From Bacilli bacterium (GTDB lineage Bacteria; Bacillota_I; Bacilli_A; RFN20; CAG-826): a DNA stretch of 64,000 nt. The notes below the pieces were generated by a model that saw only the letters and a list, made by a program, of their open reading frames with translations, was not told the origin of the DNA and did not search any database. Positions within the stretch are counted from its first letter, which is position 1, and each line of letters starts with the position of its first letter. Shown in pieces: positions 18,688-28,304 of the stretch. The position numbers were made by a program, and so were the translations under genes. The stretch spans positions 53,979-117,978 of the forward strand of contig JALCSW010000001.1 in assembly GCA_022653695.1 (NCBI GenBank). The letters run 5' to 3'.

Positions 18688-19680
18688 ATGAAGTTCAAGA
18701 TGAAGATGCTTGGAAGCATCGCCGCGGTCGGCCTTTCGTTTGGCTTGCTCGGGACGGCTTTCGCTTCCATCAACCACAACAATGCCATAGAGGCGGACGC
18801 CGCGGCGGGCGACGTGGCGGCTATATACGATTTCACAACAGCAAGCTTTGCGAGTACCAGTTATACAAGTGCGTGGGATTACGGTGACGCCACCATTTTC
18901 GGCGGAGCGAACAATAATGCAGGTTGGAATTATGTCAAGATGGGCGGAAAAAGTACAAATCTTTCAATAGCCAACCCCGTTTACGTTTCCTCTCAAAAGG
19001 ACTCCATCTCAAAAGCAATACAAAAAGTAACGGTAAGCATTATTGACGGATCGCTTTCGTACACCGGAATGTCCGTGAATAGTTGGGGTCTTTATGTTTA
19101 TTCCGATTCCGAAATGTCAACTCAAATCGATTATGTGGCTGGCGGGACGATAACCAGTTCCGCGGCGGATTTCGATTTTACCCCAACGACCGGAAACGTG
19201 TGGGCAGCCGGTTCCTATTACAAAATAAGCTGGGATTTGGCAAACACAACCACAAAAAATGGGATTATCTACGTTGATACGATTTCTTTCATTGAAGGCA
19301 GTGCTATCACCGACAGCGAGGCTCTTGACACGTTTGTTTCGGATTATATGCACATAGACGAAACGACTGAAGGACAATGCATGACGTATTATCCGCCAGC
19401 CAAGTCCGCGTATAACAACCTGTCTTCGAGCCAAAGATCGTTGTTCGTCACGGACTCCCATTACCAGACCGCTTACAATCGCTTAGTCGCCTGGGCCGCA
19501 GCCAATGGCGAGAGCATTGATTCGGCCAATGACAATGTCCTAGGTGCCAAAACCTCGATCTTTGCCGCGGACACTTCTATGGAAACGGGATCGATTGCCG
19601 CTGGCGTTATCGCTTTGGTCGGCATTATCGCCCTCGGCGGATTCCTCTTCTACCGCAAGAAGAAAGGATTGCCCGAATAA
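18688..19680 (+). CDS. secreted surface protein with signal peptide and C-terminal TM anchor plus polybasic tail
   Basis: 330 aa. N-terminal signal (MKFKMKMLGSIAAVGLSFGLLGTAFA), Thr/Ser-rich beta-type body, C-terminus ...SMETGSIAAGVIALVGIIALGGFLFYRKKKGLPE (no LPXTG). AGGAGG SD. Confidence 0.55.
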   Translation: MKFKMKMLGSIAAVGLSFGLLGTAFASINHNNAIEADAAAGDVAAIYDFTTASFASTSYTSAWDYGDATIFGGANNNAGWNYVKMGGKSTNLSIANPVYVSSQKDSISKAIQKVTVSIIDGSLSYTGMSVNSWGLYVYSDSEMSTQIDYVAGGTITSSAADFDFTPTTGNVWAAGSYYKISWDLANTTTKNGIIYVDTISFIEGSAITDSEALDTFVSDYMHIDETTEGQCMTYYPPAKSAYNNLSSSQRSLFVTDSHYQTAYNRLVAWAAANGESIDSANDNVLGAKTSIFAADTSMETGSIAAGVIALVGIIALGGFLFYRKKKGLPE

Positions 19681-19711
19681 ACGATTGAATCCGATTGTCT
19701 CAGCCATTCGA

Positions 19712-19741
19712 AGCACCCTGATAAAACGGGGTGCTTTTTTG
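19712..19741 (+). terminator. rho-independent terminator
   Basis: AGCACCC-loop-GGGTGCT followed by TTTTTT. Confidence 0.75.
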
Positions 19742-19872
19742 AAAGCAATTAGCAAGGCGCGTTCTTTTAGCAAAAAGGCGAAGAGGGCTTCATGCGATTA
19801 TAAGCATACGGAAGGTACACAAATTGCTTGGGTTTGTGGTGATGGTTCCACTCGTCTATAATCGGTGTAGCC

Positions 19873-20883
19873 ATGAAAAAAAGACGCCTCGCCATGTCGC
19901 TGATCGCCATCGCCCTCCTCTCCGCCTGCAAAGCCACCGAAAGCGGGACCTACTACCTTTTCGACACCACCGTAAGCGCCGTCCTTTACGAAAGCGAGCA
20001 AGAGAACATCGACTATTTGGATAACTATTTAACCACCCTCAGCGGGGAGTTGGACGCCTACGCGAAGCCGGCGGAAGGGACGAACACCCTTTATACCCTC
20101 AACCACACGAACGAGCCGGTCGAGGTAAGCCAAAGCCTTTTCGACGCCCTCGGTTTCGCCGTTTCGATGCAAGAGGCGACGGAAGGGTACTTCAACCCCT
20201 TCATCGGAGCCATCTCATCGTTATGGAAAGATGACGTTCTCTCCAAAACGGACCCTACGGCGGGCGAGGTCAGCGGAGTCGAAAGCCAGTTGCCTGAGCT
20301 ATTAGGGAAAATGAGGGCCACCTCGCTCACGATGGATCGAGAAAAGCTGACCGTGCGACGGAACGGGGAGGGCCTCATCGACTTGGGCGCGCTCGCCAAA
20401 GGCTACGCTTTCTTGGGGGTCCGCGATTATTTAAGGAAAGAGGGGATCGGCGCTTATCTGGTCAATGGGGGCACCAGCTCCATTCTCCTTGGCACCACCG
20501 CCAAAGGAGAACCGTGGAAGGTCAACTTCAACGACGCGCCCGATTGCTACTTTATGGCCGCCTCGACGGCGCTGGCCACCAGCTCGGAAAGCGAGCAATG
20601 CGTAACGATCGAGGGGACGACCTATTCCCATATCGTCAACCCTTTCACCGGGGAAGCCGTCTCCCCTTATAGGATGTGCACCGTCGTGAGCGAGGATCCC
20701 GCCCTCGACGACGTCCTTTCGACCGCCTTCATGCTGGCCGGGGGGAGCAAAGCCAAGGAACTCTCCGCCTCGATAGGCAAAACTTACGGCGTCGACGTCG
20801 CCTTCGCCCTTCTGTCTTTCGACGAAAACGGGAACGGCGTGTGGGACGATAACGGAACCCTTGAGATCATGGCCGCCCAATGA
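19873..20883 (+). CDS. apbE: FAD:protein FMN transferase (ApbE family) lipoprotein
   Basis: 336 aa. Lipobox LLSAC. ApbE signature YYLFDT, GALAKGYA, C-terminal fold. Confidence 0.85.
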   Translation: MKKRRLAMSLIAIALLSACKATESGTYYLFDTTVSAVLYESEQENIDYLDNYLTTLSGELDAYAKPAEGTNTLYTLNHTNEPVEVSQSLFDALGFAVSMQEATEGYFNPFIGAISSLWKDDVLSKTDPTAGEVSGVESQLPELLGKMRATSLTMDREKLTVRRNGEGLIDLGALAKGYAFLGVRDYLRKEGIGAYLVNGGTSSILLGTTAKGEPWKVNFNDAPDCYFMAASTALATSSESEQCVTIEGTTYSHIVNPFTGEAVSPYRMCTVVSEDPALDDVLSTAFMLAGGSKAKELSASIGKTYGVDVAFALLSFDENGNGVWDDNGTLEIMAAQ

Positions 20884-21302
20884 AAACCAAGGGGTTTGTC
20901 AAAAAACATCTGTGGGACGGCGTTTTGACTTTGGGCCTCATCGCCCTTTCATGCGCCGTCTTGGCCGCTTGTTTCTGGCCCGTCGGCGAAGGAAGCGACG
21001 TCTACGCTTACGTCTATGTCTCCGCCAAGATCGTCCAGCTCCAGGAGGGCTCCGACTCAATCGACCTTACCAAAGTCGATAGCGGAGCCACCTACCTCAT
21101 CCAAGGCGCCATGGAAGGGGAAAAGGGCCTCGTCACCATTTCCGTCGAACCGGGGAGAATCGCGGTGAAGGAAAGCCATTGCCCCCATCAGTATTGCGTG
21201 AAAGAGGGCTATATCTCGCGGCCGGGCCAAAACATTATCTGCGCCCCCAACGAACTTCTGATCACCCTTACGGGGACTACGGGCGAGGTCTGGGTCGGAT
21301 GA
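20880..21302 (+). CDS. NusG domain II-containing protein (DUF1312 family), membrane-anchored
   Basis: 140 aa. N-terminal TM. Conserved CPHQYCV...GYISRPGQNIICAPN motif typical of the DUF1312 partner of ApbE and Gx transporter. Overlaps both neighbours by 4 nt. Confidence 0.6.
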   Translation: MKTKGFVKKHLWDGVLTLGLIALSCAVLAACFWPVGEGSDVYAYVYVSAKIVQLQEGSDSIDLTKVDSGATYLIQGAMEGEKGLVTISVEPGRIAVKESHCPHQYCVKEGYISRPGQNIICAPNELLITLTGTTGEVWVG

Positions 21303-21841
21303 AAAGCTTCACGGTCGCTCGCCTAAGCGCTCTGGCGATGGCTTTGGCCCTGGCGGTCGTCCTTTCCTACGTCGAGGGCTTCATTCCCTTTTTCGTGCCT
21401 GGGGTCAAGCTCGGTTTCGCGAACCTCATCGTTTTGCTCCTGCTATACGGGGTCTCGTGGTACGACGCCCTCATCGTCGACCTTTTGCGCGTGTTCCTCG
21501 TTTCCTTGCTGCGGGGCAATATCTTGCAGATGGGCTTCTTCATGTCGCTCGGGGGAGCCATCGCCTCTTTCGTCGCGATGTTGCTCGCCCGAATGTTTCT
21601 CAAAAAACTATCGATATACGGGGTCTCCGTCTTGGGGGCTTACGTGCATAGCCTCGTCCAACTTTTAATCGGGGTGCCGTTTTTGGGCACTTGGGCCGTC
21701 TTTTCCTATTTTCCCTTTATCTCGCTCCTTTCCATCGCAACGGGCCTTTTGATCGGGGTTCTGGCGGATCAGATCCTCCGAAGCGGGGTCCTTAAAAGAA
21801 TCAAGGCTTCTTCCCCGCCCCAAGCCGACGGGCCCAAGTGA
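21299..21841 (+). CDS. Gx transporter family membrane protein (HepT-component-I-like)
   Basis: About 180 aa from MKSFTV. 5 TM helices. Usual partner of ApbE/DUF1312. Confidence 0.6.
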   Translation: MKSFTVARLSALAMALALAVVLSYVEGFIPFFVPGVKLGFANLIVLLLLYGVSWYDALIVDLLRVFLVSLLRGNILQMGFFMSLGGAIASFVAMLLARMFLKKLSIYGVSVLGAYVHSLVQLLIGVPFLGTWAVFSYFPFISLLSIATGLLIGVLADQILRSGVLKRIKASSPPQADGPK

Positions 21842-21852
21842 AGGCAAAAGAA

Positions 21853-21888
21853 AAGCCCTTCGAGGACCGAAGGGCTCTTTTCTTTGCT
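21853..21888. terminator. bidirectional rho-independent terminator between convergent genes
   Basis: AAAGCCCTTCG-AGGAC-CGAAGGGCTTT flanked by A-run and T-run. Confidence 0.7.
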
Positions 21889-22472
21889 TAGAAGGGCAGT
21901 TTCGCCTTGTCTCCCTTGGGGTTGAAGGGGCAGTTTTCGTTAAGGCACTGCCGGTTGTTCGGATAGAAACCGCAGACCGGGACCGAAATATCCATTTTAT
22001 GGGGATAATGCGCGTTCATGTATTCGGCCGCCGTGAATAGGCTGATGAAGGCGTCGCGCTTGCAGCAACGCGGCCCCCCGATCGCGCCCATCCGCCCAAG
22101 GGCCTGAGCTGACACTTTGAGATGCTCGCCCCAATCCTTGGCGGAAAGAGGGCCCGTCCCCTCAATGAAGGAGAGGGCAGCCCCGACGGAGGCCGTCGAT
22201 CCGCACACGGCCCAATAGCCGCAGATGGCCCCCGGCATGGCGGAACCCTGTTCCAAAAGATACCGCAAACCCCGCTCCAAATCGATCTCGCCCCCGGCGT
22301 TATGGTAAGCGGAAAGAAGGCAGGCCCCATCCAGCACGTGGTGCTCCGGCCCGTGCATCCTCACGAAATCCATGTGGGCGATCCGAACGAACATTTTGAT
22401 CGGGTCTTTTTCTTTCGCTTCCTTAACCGCGGCGACGATCCTCTCGCACCGCTCCTCAAATGCGCAATCCAT
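21888..22472 (-). CDS. hypothetical Cys-rich cytoplasmic protein
   Basis: 194 aa with >10 Cys in pairs (CGYWAVCGS, CCKRD, CGFYPNNRQCLNENC). No identifiable family from sequence alone. Confidence 0.4.
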   Translation of the reverse strand: MDCAFEERCERIVAAVKEAKEKDPIKMFVRIAHMDFVRMHGPEHHVLDGACLLSAYHNAGGEIDLERGLRYLLEQGSAMPGAICGYWAVCGSTASVGAALSFIEGTGPLSAKDWGEHLKVSAQALGRMGAIGGPRCCKRDAFISLFTAAEYMNAHYPHKMDISVPVCGFYPNNRQCLNENCPFNPKGDKAKLPF

Positions 22473-22484
22473 AAACGATTCCTC

Positions 22485-24632
22485 CTATCCTTTCTTATCC
22501 AAACGGATGAACTCGACCTTTTCGTAATGGCTCTTCATCCCCTCGTGGAGGCAAAGACACGAACATTTTCCGCCTCTATTGGCGACACGATAGAGATTGT
22601 ACTCGCCCTTCCGGTAGGAGAGACCATCCCCACTGTCTTCGTAGTGGGTATAGGAGCCTTCCTCCCCCGTCACGAGGAAAGAGAGGGTTTTCGGGTATTC
22701 GGTCGTGGGGTTGCCTTTGACGATCGGGACGATCGAATTCTCCCTCACGAAAAGGGGGATCGCCTCTAAGGGGACGTCGATCAGATGGTAGCCCTTCCCA
22801 TAGCGGCGCCCGGAGAAATAATCGTAGAACGCCGAAGGGAAATAGACGCTCCGGCAACGCTCGCCGGGGAAAAGGGCCGGGGCGAAAAGAAGCGAGGCGC
22901 CGAGCATCGCCTCGGTGTTCTCGTTCCTTAGGAGGGGGTCGGCGGGGAAATTGGCGATGAGAGGGCGGTATACGGGCGAGCCGGTTTCCTCGTGCTCGCG
23001 CAGCAAATCGTAAAAATAGGATATGAGCTCGTAGCGGAGCGAAACCGCCTTGCGATAGATCCCCGTCGTCTCGTCGTCGAAAGCGTAGCCCTCCTGCCGT
23101 TTCGTTCCAAAAGCGCTGTGGTTGCGCATTAACGGCGAGAAAACGCCGAGTTCGATCCAGCGGATCAGGAGCTCTTTCGTCGCGTCGCCCGAGAAGCCCC
23201 CGATGTCGTTGCCCGTCATCTCGATCCCGGAAAGGGCCATGTTTGCCAGTTGGGGGATCGTCAGCCTCAAGTGATCCCAGATCGATTGGTTGTCCCCCGT
23301 CCACGAGGCGGCGTAGTGGGCGGTCCGGGCGTAAGCGGCCCGCGTCACGATGAAGGGGCGCATCTTTGCCCTTAAGAAGCCTTCGCAAGTGGCTCTGTCC
23401 ATCTTTTCGGCGTAAAGGTTATGGGCCATCGCGTGGGGCATCCCCCCCATATCGACTTCATCGGGAAGCGGACCGAGGAAAGAAGCGGGCTCGTTCATGT
23501 CGTTCCAGATCCCCGAAACGCCGCTTTTAAGAAGGAAAGACTCCACGTGAGAGGCCCACCAATCTTGCGTTTTCTCGTCCATGAAGGCGGGGAAGACGGA
23601 ATCGCCGGGCCAAACCTCGTTATGGTAGGCCTCGCCCCCAAGGGTGCACAGAAAGCCGTTCCTCAGCCCTTCGTCGTACATGAAATACCCGGGCAGGGCC
23701 TTCAGACCCGCGTCGATTATGGGGACGATGCGAACGCCTTCGCGCCGCTTCGCCGCGACCCAGGAGGGAAAAGAGGGGAACCTCTTCTCATCGACGGTGA
23801 AATCCATATAGCGGTCCATGTAGGCGATGTCGAGATAGAGGGCGCTCAGGGGGATGCCGGCTTTTTTATATCCGGCTATTACCTCGTCGCACTCCTCTTC
23901 GCTCCCATAGCTCCAGCGGCTTTGCTGATAGCCAAGGGCCCAGCGGGGCGGCAAAGGGCCCGTGCCGACGCAGCGGGAGAATTGGCGCGATACGTCCAAA
24001 AGGGAACCGAAGAAAAGATAAAGGTCCATTCCGCCAAGGAGATAGGACGCCGTGACCGTTTTCGGGTCCCGCTTCTCGAAATCGAAGAAGGTCTTGCCGG
24101 AGTTGTCGAGGAAGACCCCCACCGAATCCTCGCCCTGAAACATCGTAAAGAAAGGGATCGATTTGTAAAGGGACTTGAAGGTGTCCACCTGAGCGCTCGG
24201 GTCGTCGGTGTTGTAATTGAGGTAATCGTATCCCGCCTTGTCGAGCGGCCCGGTCTTGTCGCCCAGCCCATACACCGGACCCGCGAAAACGAAGGAGACC
24301 CCGCCCGCAGGCGAGGGCGTCTTCTTCGGACCGTCAAGGCTTTCCGCGAAACGGTTCCCCGCATGGGAGGCGGCCATCCGCCCCGAACCATAAAGGCGCC
24401 CCTCGATAACGGGCTTCCGGCCTTTTTTGACCACGAAAGACCCATCGCGGGAAAGGGCGAAAACGTAAGCGCCGAAAGAAAACTCCGCGCTTTCCTCCCC
24501 GCCGCCCTCGGCCGAGGAAGCTGGATCCATCATCGAGATCCTGATGGCGGTTTGGCTGAGGGAGGTGGCTTCATAAACTCCTCCCTCGAGGAGAAGGAGA
24601 CGGCAAACGGAATTGGCTATGGGACGATTCAT
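22485..24632 (-). CDS. glycoside hydrolase family 31 (alpha-glucosidase/alpha-xylosidase type), cytoplasmic
   Basis: 715 aa. GH31 nucleophile motif GIWNDMNEP and acid/base-region motifs. No signal peptide. Confidence 0.85.
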   Translation of the reverse strand: MNRPIANSVCRLLLLEGGVYEATSLSQTAIRISMMDPASSAEGGGEESAEFSFGAYVFALSRDGSFVVKKGRKPVIEGRLYGSGRMAASHAGNRFAESLDGPKKTPSPAGGVSFVFAGPVYGLGDKTGPLDKAGYDYLNYNTDDPSAQVDTFKSLYKSIPFFTMFQGEDSVGVFLDNSGKTFFDFEKRDPKTVTASYLLGGMDLYLFFGSLLDVSRQFSRCVGTGPLPPRWALGYQQSRWSYGSEEECDEVIAGYKKAGIPLSALYLDIAYMDRYMDFTVDEKRFPSFPSWVAAKRREGVRIVPIIDAGLKALPGYFMYDEGLRNGFLCTLGGEAYHNEVWPGDSVFPAFMDEKTQDWWASHVESFLLKSGVSGIWNDMNEPASFLGPLPDEVDMGGMPHAMAHNLYAEKMDRATCEGFLRAKMRPFIVTRAAYARTAHYAASWTGDNQSIWDHLRLTIPQLANMALSGIEMTGNDIGGFSGDATKELLIRWIELGVFSPLMRNHSAFGTKRQEGYAFDDETTGIYRKAVSLRYELISYFYDLLREHEETGSPVYRPLIANFPADPLLRNENTEAMLGASLLFAPALFPGERCRSVYFPSAFYDYFSGRRYGKGYHLIDVPLEAIPLFVRENSIVPIVKGNPTTEYPKTLSFLVTGEEGSYTHYEDSGDGLSYRKGEYNLYRVANRGGKCSCLCLHEGMKSHYEKVEFIRLDKKG

Positions 24633-24683
24633 GAACCCATTTTACGGCGGGGGAAGCCTTCTTGCACCAAAAGGAAGTTCGCC

Positions 24684-27032
24684 TCACCAAAGGGCCACCC
24701 GATCCTCCGGGGCGACATACATCGCGTCGCTGGCCTCGAGGGCGAAGGTCTCCGCGAATTTGCCGCTGTTGCTTAGAAGGCGGTTGACGCGGGCCCGCCC
24801 ATAAGGATGGACGTCGTCGATGTTGTAGGTCAGATAGGAAGCGAGGGTTTCCTTGTCGGCGAAGTTATAGGAGAAATCGCGGTAGAACTCCTTGTAATCG
24901 AAGCCGTCGATCGTCGCGACGATCCCTTCCACGAGCCCCAACCCGCCGATGTCGGCCATGTCTTCGGTGATCGTGAGGGATCCTTTGGTCGCGGCCCTCG
25001 TATCGGGCAGACATTCGTAGCCCTCATAAAGGGCGGAAATCTCGTTTTGCTTCATGGCGAACGTCTTTTGATCGGCTTCGCCGAAGATGGTCGTTTCCGC
25101 TCCAAGGTAGCGCCCGTCCTTGTCATAGTGGCTGCCGTTCTTGTCGTATCCGTGCGTCATCTCGTGGCCCGTCACGATGCCTAGCGAAGCGAAAAGGGCC
25201 TCGTCGCTGAAGGAAGCGAAATCCCCGCCGTAGGCAAACAGGAAGCCAAGCGTGATCGTAACCGAATTAAAGACCGGCATATAGAAGGCGTTGGCAAGGA
25301 AAGGATCGATCGAACGCATGTAGGCTCGAGCGGGGCTCATCTCAGATTCGATGTCGTTCAGGGAGAGGCGCCACGTGGCGTTGCGGACCGTCCCGAGGTC
25401 CTTCGAAAGCCTCTGGCTAATCGGGGAAACGACGGAAGAGTAATCAAACGGCGCCCCGTCCGGATAAGCCGAGTACAGATAAAAGGTGAGGCCACTCAGT
25501 TTGTCGGCGATCGCCTCGGCCCCACCTTCGCTCAGCCAAGGGCTGTTCTCCGAGCGGCTGACGAACGAGGATTCAAGGGCGGAGAGGACCCTTTTGGCGA
25601 GCGCCACGTTGGAAGCGCAGGCCTCGCTGGCGAGGAAATCGGTGGCTAGCGGCCATTTGACGAGGTATTCGAAGGCCCCGTCCAGCCACCTCTGGCCCTT
25701 CTTGTAGGATAGCGTGGTCCGGTTGGCGCGATAGAAGGTATAAAGCCCCAAAGCCCCTAACTCATCCATGCCGGCTTCCGCGATGGCTTTCCCGCTCGAA
25801 AGGCAGAGCCCCTCGTTCGTGCAGATGAGATGGCCTAGATCCGCGTTCGACAGGCCGGAGGCGCCCGCGACATCGCTTAAGGAAAGGGCGAGGCCGAAGC
25901 CTTCATAGAGATCCTGACTCGTCGAGGCGTCGTAAAGATCGCAATACCGCTTGGCGAACTGGGCGTACTCGCCGACGTAATAGCTTTTTTGCCTCCTGGC
26001 GAAAGAGAGGAGCGAATCGGCCAAAAGGGTCGATTTCGCGCTGGAAAAGCCCAAGGAACCGAAAGCCGTTTCGTAGGTTCCCCGCAAACTCGAGACAACC
26101 GTTCCGTCGTTTAAATCGCTCTCCGAGACGTCAAAGACCCCCGGCTCGCAGGAAACGGCCTCCTCGTATGAGCCGCGGATCACGAACGTCGGCGAAGAGA
26201 AAAACGGCGAAACGCCATAGTCGGCGAACATTTTGCCCGTGGCGGCGACCCAATCGGTGAGGCTTGAGGGCGAAGATAGGCCAGTTATCTCCTCCGCGAC
26301 GCCCGGCTCCGCAAGGAAGGAGTAATCGACCTCGCCCTCGAGGAAATCGAGCGCCTGCTTGTAGCTATCCGCGTGGGGGTTCGAGGAATCGACCGCATAG
26401 GCCCTAGCGGTATCTTCGATCGTCTTGTGCATTAGCCGCTCGTTCACGATGTTCGCCTTGCCGTAGATGTCCTCGCAGGTGTGGCCGTCGTCGTCGGGGT
26501 CGCCGAAATAGAACCCATACTGACTCGCGGTCGCGAAATCGTCTTTGGCGTTCGTCCCGAAATATTGGTAGAAACGGGACAGGATTCGCTCGACGTCATC
26601 GACGCTCACCTCCGCCGCCTCGTCGCTGAATTCGTGATAGAGGCCATAGGGGGAAAGCCACTCCAACGCGGATTCGACCTCTTTCGTCGTGGCTTTCGGG
26701 GAGACCGCATAGCCAGGATGGCCAATGTAATTCCTTTGCCCCGTTTTCGGAGGCATGAAGGAAGAGAAAGCCGCTTTCAGAAGCCGGACGAGGTTCCCTT
26801 CCGTGAACGCGCAATCGGGGGAGAGGCCGGAGGCGGACAAGAGGGCGTTTTCGCTTTTGCCGCCATCGTAGGGGAAGGCGCGCTTGGCGACGATAGAAGC
26901 CAAGCCGGTCGCCTCCTGGGCCGAACCGCCTGAGGAGACGAAAGGCGAAGAAACGGCGGCGCTGGAGAGGTTCCCGCAACTGACCATCCCCAAAACGAGA
27001 AACGGAAAAACGAAAATGCTGACCTTTTTCAT
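24684..27032 (-). CDS. M13 family zinc metallopeptidase (PepO/neprilysin-like) lipoprotein
   Basis: 782 aa. Lipobox MVSCG. HExxH (GHEMTHG), NAFY motif, ExxxD (TEDMADIGG). Confidence 0.8.
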   Translation of the reverse strand: MKKVSIFVFPFLVLGMVSCGNLSSAAVSSPFVSSGGSAQEATGLASIVAKRAFPYDGGKSENALLSASGLSPDCAFTEGNLVRLLKAAFSSFMPPKTGQRNYIGHPGYAVSPKATTKEVESALEWLSPYGLYHEFSDEAAEVSVDDVERILSRFYQYFGTNAKDDFATASQYGFYFGDPDDDGHTCEDIYGKANIVNERLMHKTIEDTARAYAVDSSNPHADSYKQALDFLEGEVDYSFLAEPGVAEEITGLSSPSSLTDWVAATGKMFADYGVSPFFSSPTFVIRGSYEEAVSCEPGVFDVSESDLNDGTVVSSLRGTYETAFGSLGFSSAKSTLLADSLLSFARRQKSYYVGEYAQFAKRYCDLYDASTSQDLYEGFGLALSLSDVAGASGLSNADLGHLICTNEGLCLSSGKAIAEAGMDELGALGLYTFYRANRTTLSYKKGQRWLDGAFEYLVKWPLATDFLASEACASNVALAKRVLSALESSFVSRSENSPWLSEGGAEAIADKLSGLTFYLYSAYPDGAPFDYSSVVSPISQRLSKDLGTVRNATWRLSLNDIESEMSPARAYMRSIDPFLANAFYMPVFNSVTITLGFLFAYGGDFASFSDEALFASLGIVTGHEMTHGYDKNGSHYDKDGRYLGAETTIFGEADQKTFAMKQNEISALYEGYECLPDTRAATKGSLTITEDMADIGGLGLVEGIVATIDGFDYKEFYRDFSYNFADKETLASYLTYNIDDVHPYGRARVNRLLSNSGKFAETFALEASDAMYVAPEDRVALW

Positions 27033-27147
27033 AAACGAGCCTCCATTTATTTTATTATGCGCCTTTAGGGCGCCTCAGGAAGCGGCAAAAGCCATATGGG
27101 GGTCTCTTTTGACCCATGGTCCGTTCTTCGCAAAGGCCGAAGCGCGA

Positions 27148-27200
27148 CAAAAAAAGCGGCTCTCCGCCAACGCCGTCAGGGAAAGCCGCTTCTTTTTTTC
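27148..27200. terminator. hairpin flanked by A-run and T-run (bidirectional terminator candidate)
   Basis: AAAAAAAGCGGCT...AGCCGCTTCTTTTTTT between the 3' end of the zinc-ribbon gene and the M13 peptidase start. Long loop. Confidence 0.4.
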
Positions 27201-27210
27201 CTTAAAACGC

Positions 27211-27732
27211 TCAAAGGCGTTTGCCGCACTTCCGGCAATAGGTCGCGTCGGCGTCGTTGACTTCGCCGCAAGCGGGGCATTTTTTGCCAAGGGGTTTGCC
27301 GCAATTGTCGCAAAAAAGGGCCCCCGGCTCATTCTTGGTGCCGCAGTTCGGGCAGATAAGCCCTTCCTTAATCGGTTCCTTCCCTTTAACCGCCTCAGTC
27401 ACCCCGGCGACGGTTTTCGTGAATTCCTCGCGCGTTCCGTCAAGCATATAGTTGGTCACGTCCTTGGCCACCGGAGCGGTCTCCCCCGCCGAATAATTCG
27501 CGAACGCATGAAGATAGCCGAACATCAGGCAGGAAACGCCAACGAACAAGAGGGGCGCCCCAACGAAAAACGCCCAAAAATTGGTGGGCATGCCAAAACC
27601 GCTCATCGCCCCGAAGAAATCGATCAGGCCAATGACGATGAAAACAAAGCCCAAACCCGTGCAAACGAAACCGACGACGCGCAAGACCAATTTGGCTTTC
27701 CCGTTATTCTTGAACGAGTATTTCTCACCCAT
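27211..27732 (-). CDS. double zinc-ribbon membrane protein
   Basis: About 173 aa from MGEKYSF (ATG with GGGAGGGG SD). 2 TM helices. C-terminal CPNCG...CDNCG...CPACG...CRKCG. Confidence 0.6.
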   Translation of the reverse strand: MGEKYSFKNNGKAKLVLRVVGFVCTGLGFVFIVIGLIDFFGAMSGFGMPTNFWAFFVGAPLLFVGVSCLMFGYLHAFANYSAGETAPVAKDVTNYMLDGTREEFTKTVAGVTEAVKGKEPIKEGLICPNCGTKNEPGALFCDNCGKPLGKKCPACGEVNDADATYCRKCGKRL

Positions 27733-27829
27733 ATGCAAGCCCCTCCCAAAAAACGACAACCCCACTATAGCCTAATCGCCATGAAAAGGAAAAGCGGCAA
27801 GTGAGGGAAAATCGGCTTTATTCCGGTCT

Positions 27830-28252
27830 CTATTTGCTTGCCTTCTTCTGACACTCGGGGCAAATGCCGTAGATTTCGGCGTTATGGTCGACGATTTTGA
27901 AACCCGTTCCCTTTTCGAGGGCCTTATTGGCCTCTTCGTAGGGGCAACCCTCAATCTCAACCCGCTTATGGCATTTAAGGCAAACGATGACGTGCTTATC
28001 AGGGCGGGAGGCGAGGGAAAAGAGACTGACGTGATCGGGCGAAACCTCCTTGTGGACGAGCCCTTTGCCCACGAAGAAATTCAGGCAACGGTAAACGGTC
28101 GAGAGGTTGATCCCTTCCCTTTTCGCCGCATCATAGACTATGATGGCCGTGACGGGATAGGCACTTTTCCTTAAAAAGGCGAGAATCGCCTGCCGGCCTT
28201 TGGTGTTTTTGTAGACGGTGGTCTCCATGTCGCTTGCCATTTTACTATTCAT
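27830..28252 (-). CDS. zur: Fur-family transcriptional regulator, probable Zur
   Basis: 140 aa. Fur-family DNA-binding helix and metal sites (HxH...CxxC...CxxC: VCLKCHK, GICPEC). Divergent from the znu operon. Confidence 0.8.
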   Translation of the reverse strand: MNSKMASDMETTVYKNTKGRQAILAFLRKSAYPVTAIIVYDAAKREGINLSTVYRCLNFFVGKGLVHKEVSPDHVSLFSLASRPDKHVIVCLKCHKRVEIEGCPYEEANKALEKGTGFKIVDHNAEIYGICPECQKKASK

Positions 28253-28268
28253 GGGCTATATTATCAAA

Positions 28269-28289
28269 CGCAAATGATTTGCATTTGCA
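28269..28289. promoter_or_regulatory. Fur-family 7-1-7 inverted repeat (putative Zur box) with an extra half-site
   Basis: cGCAAAT-G-ATTTGCa followed by a repeated ATTTGCA. Lies in the zur/znuA divergent intergenic region. Confidence 0.55.
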
Positions 28290-28304
28290 TTAAGGATCAA
28301 CCGA

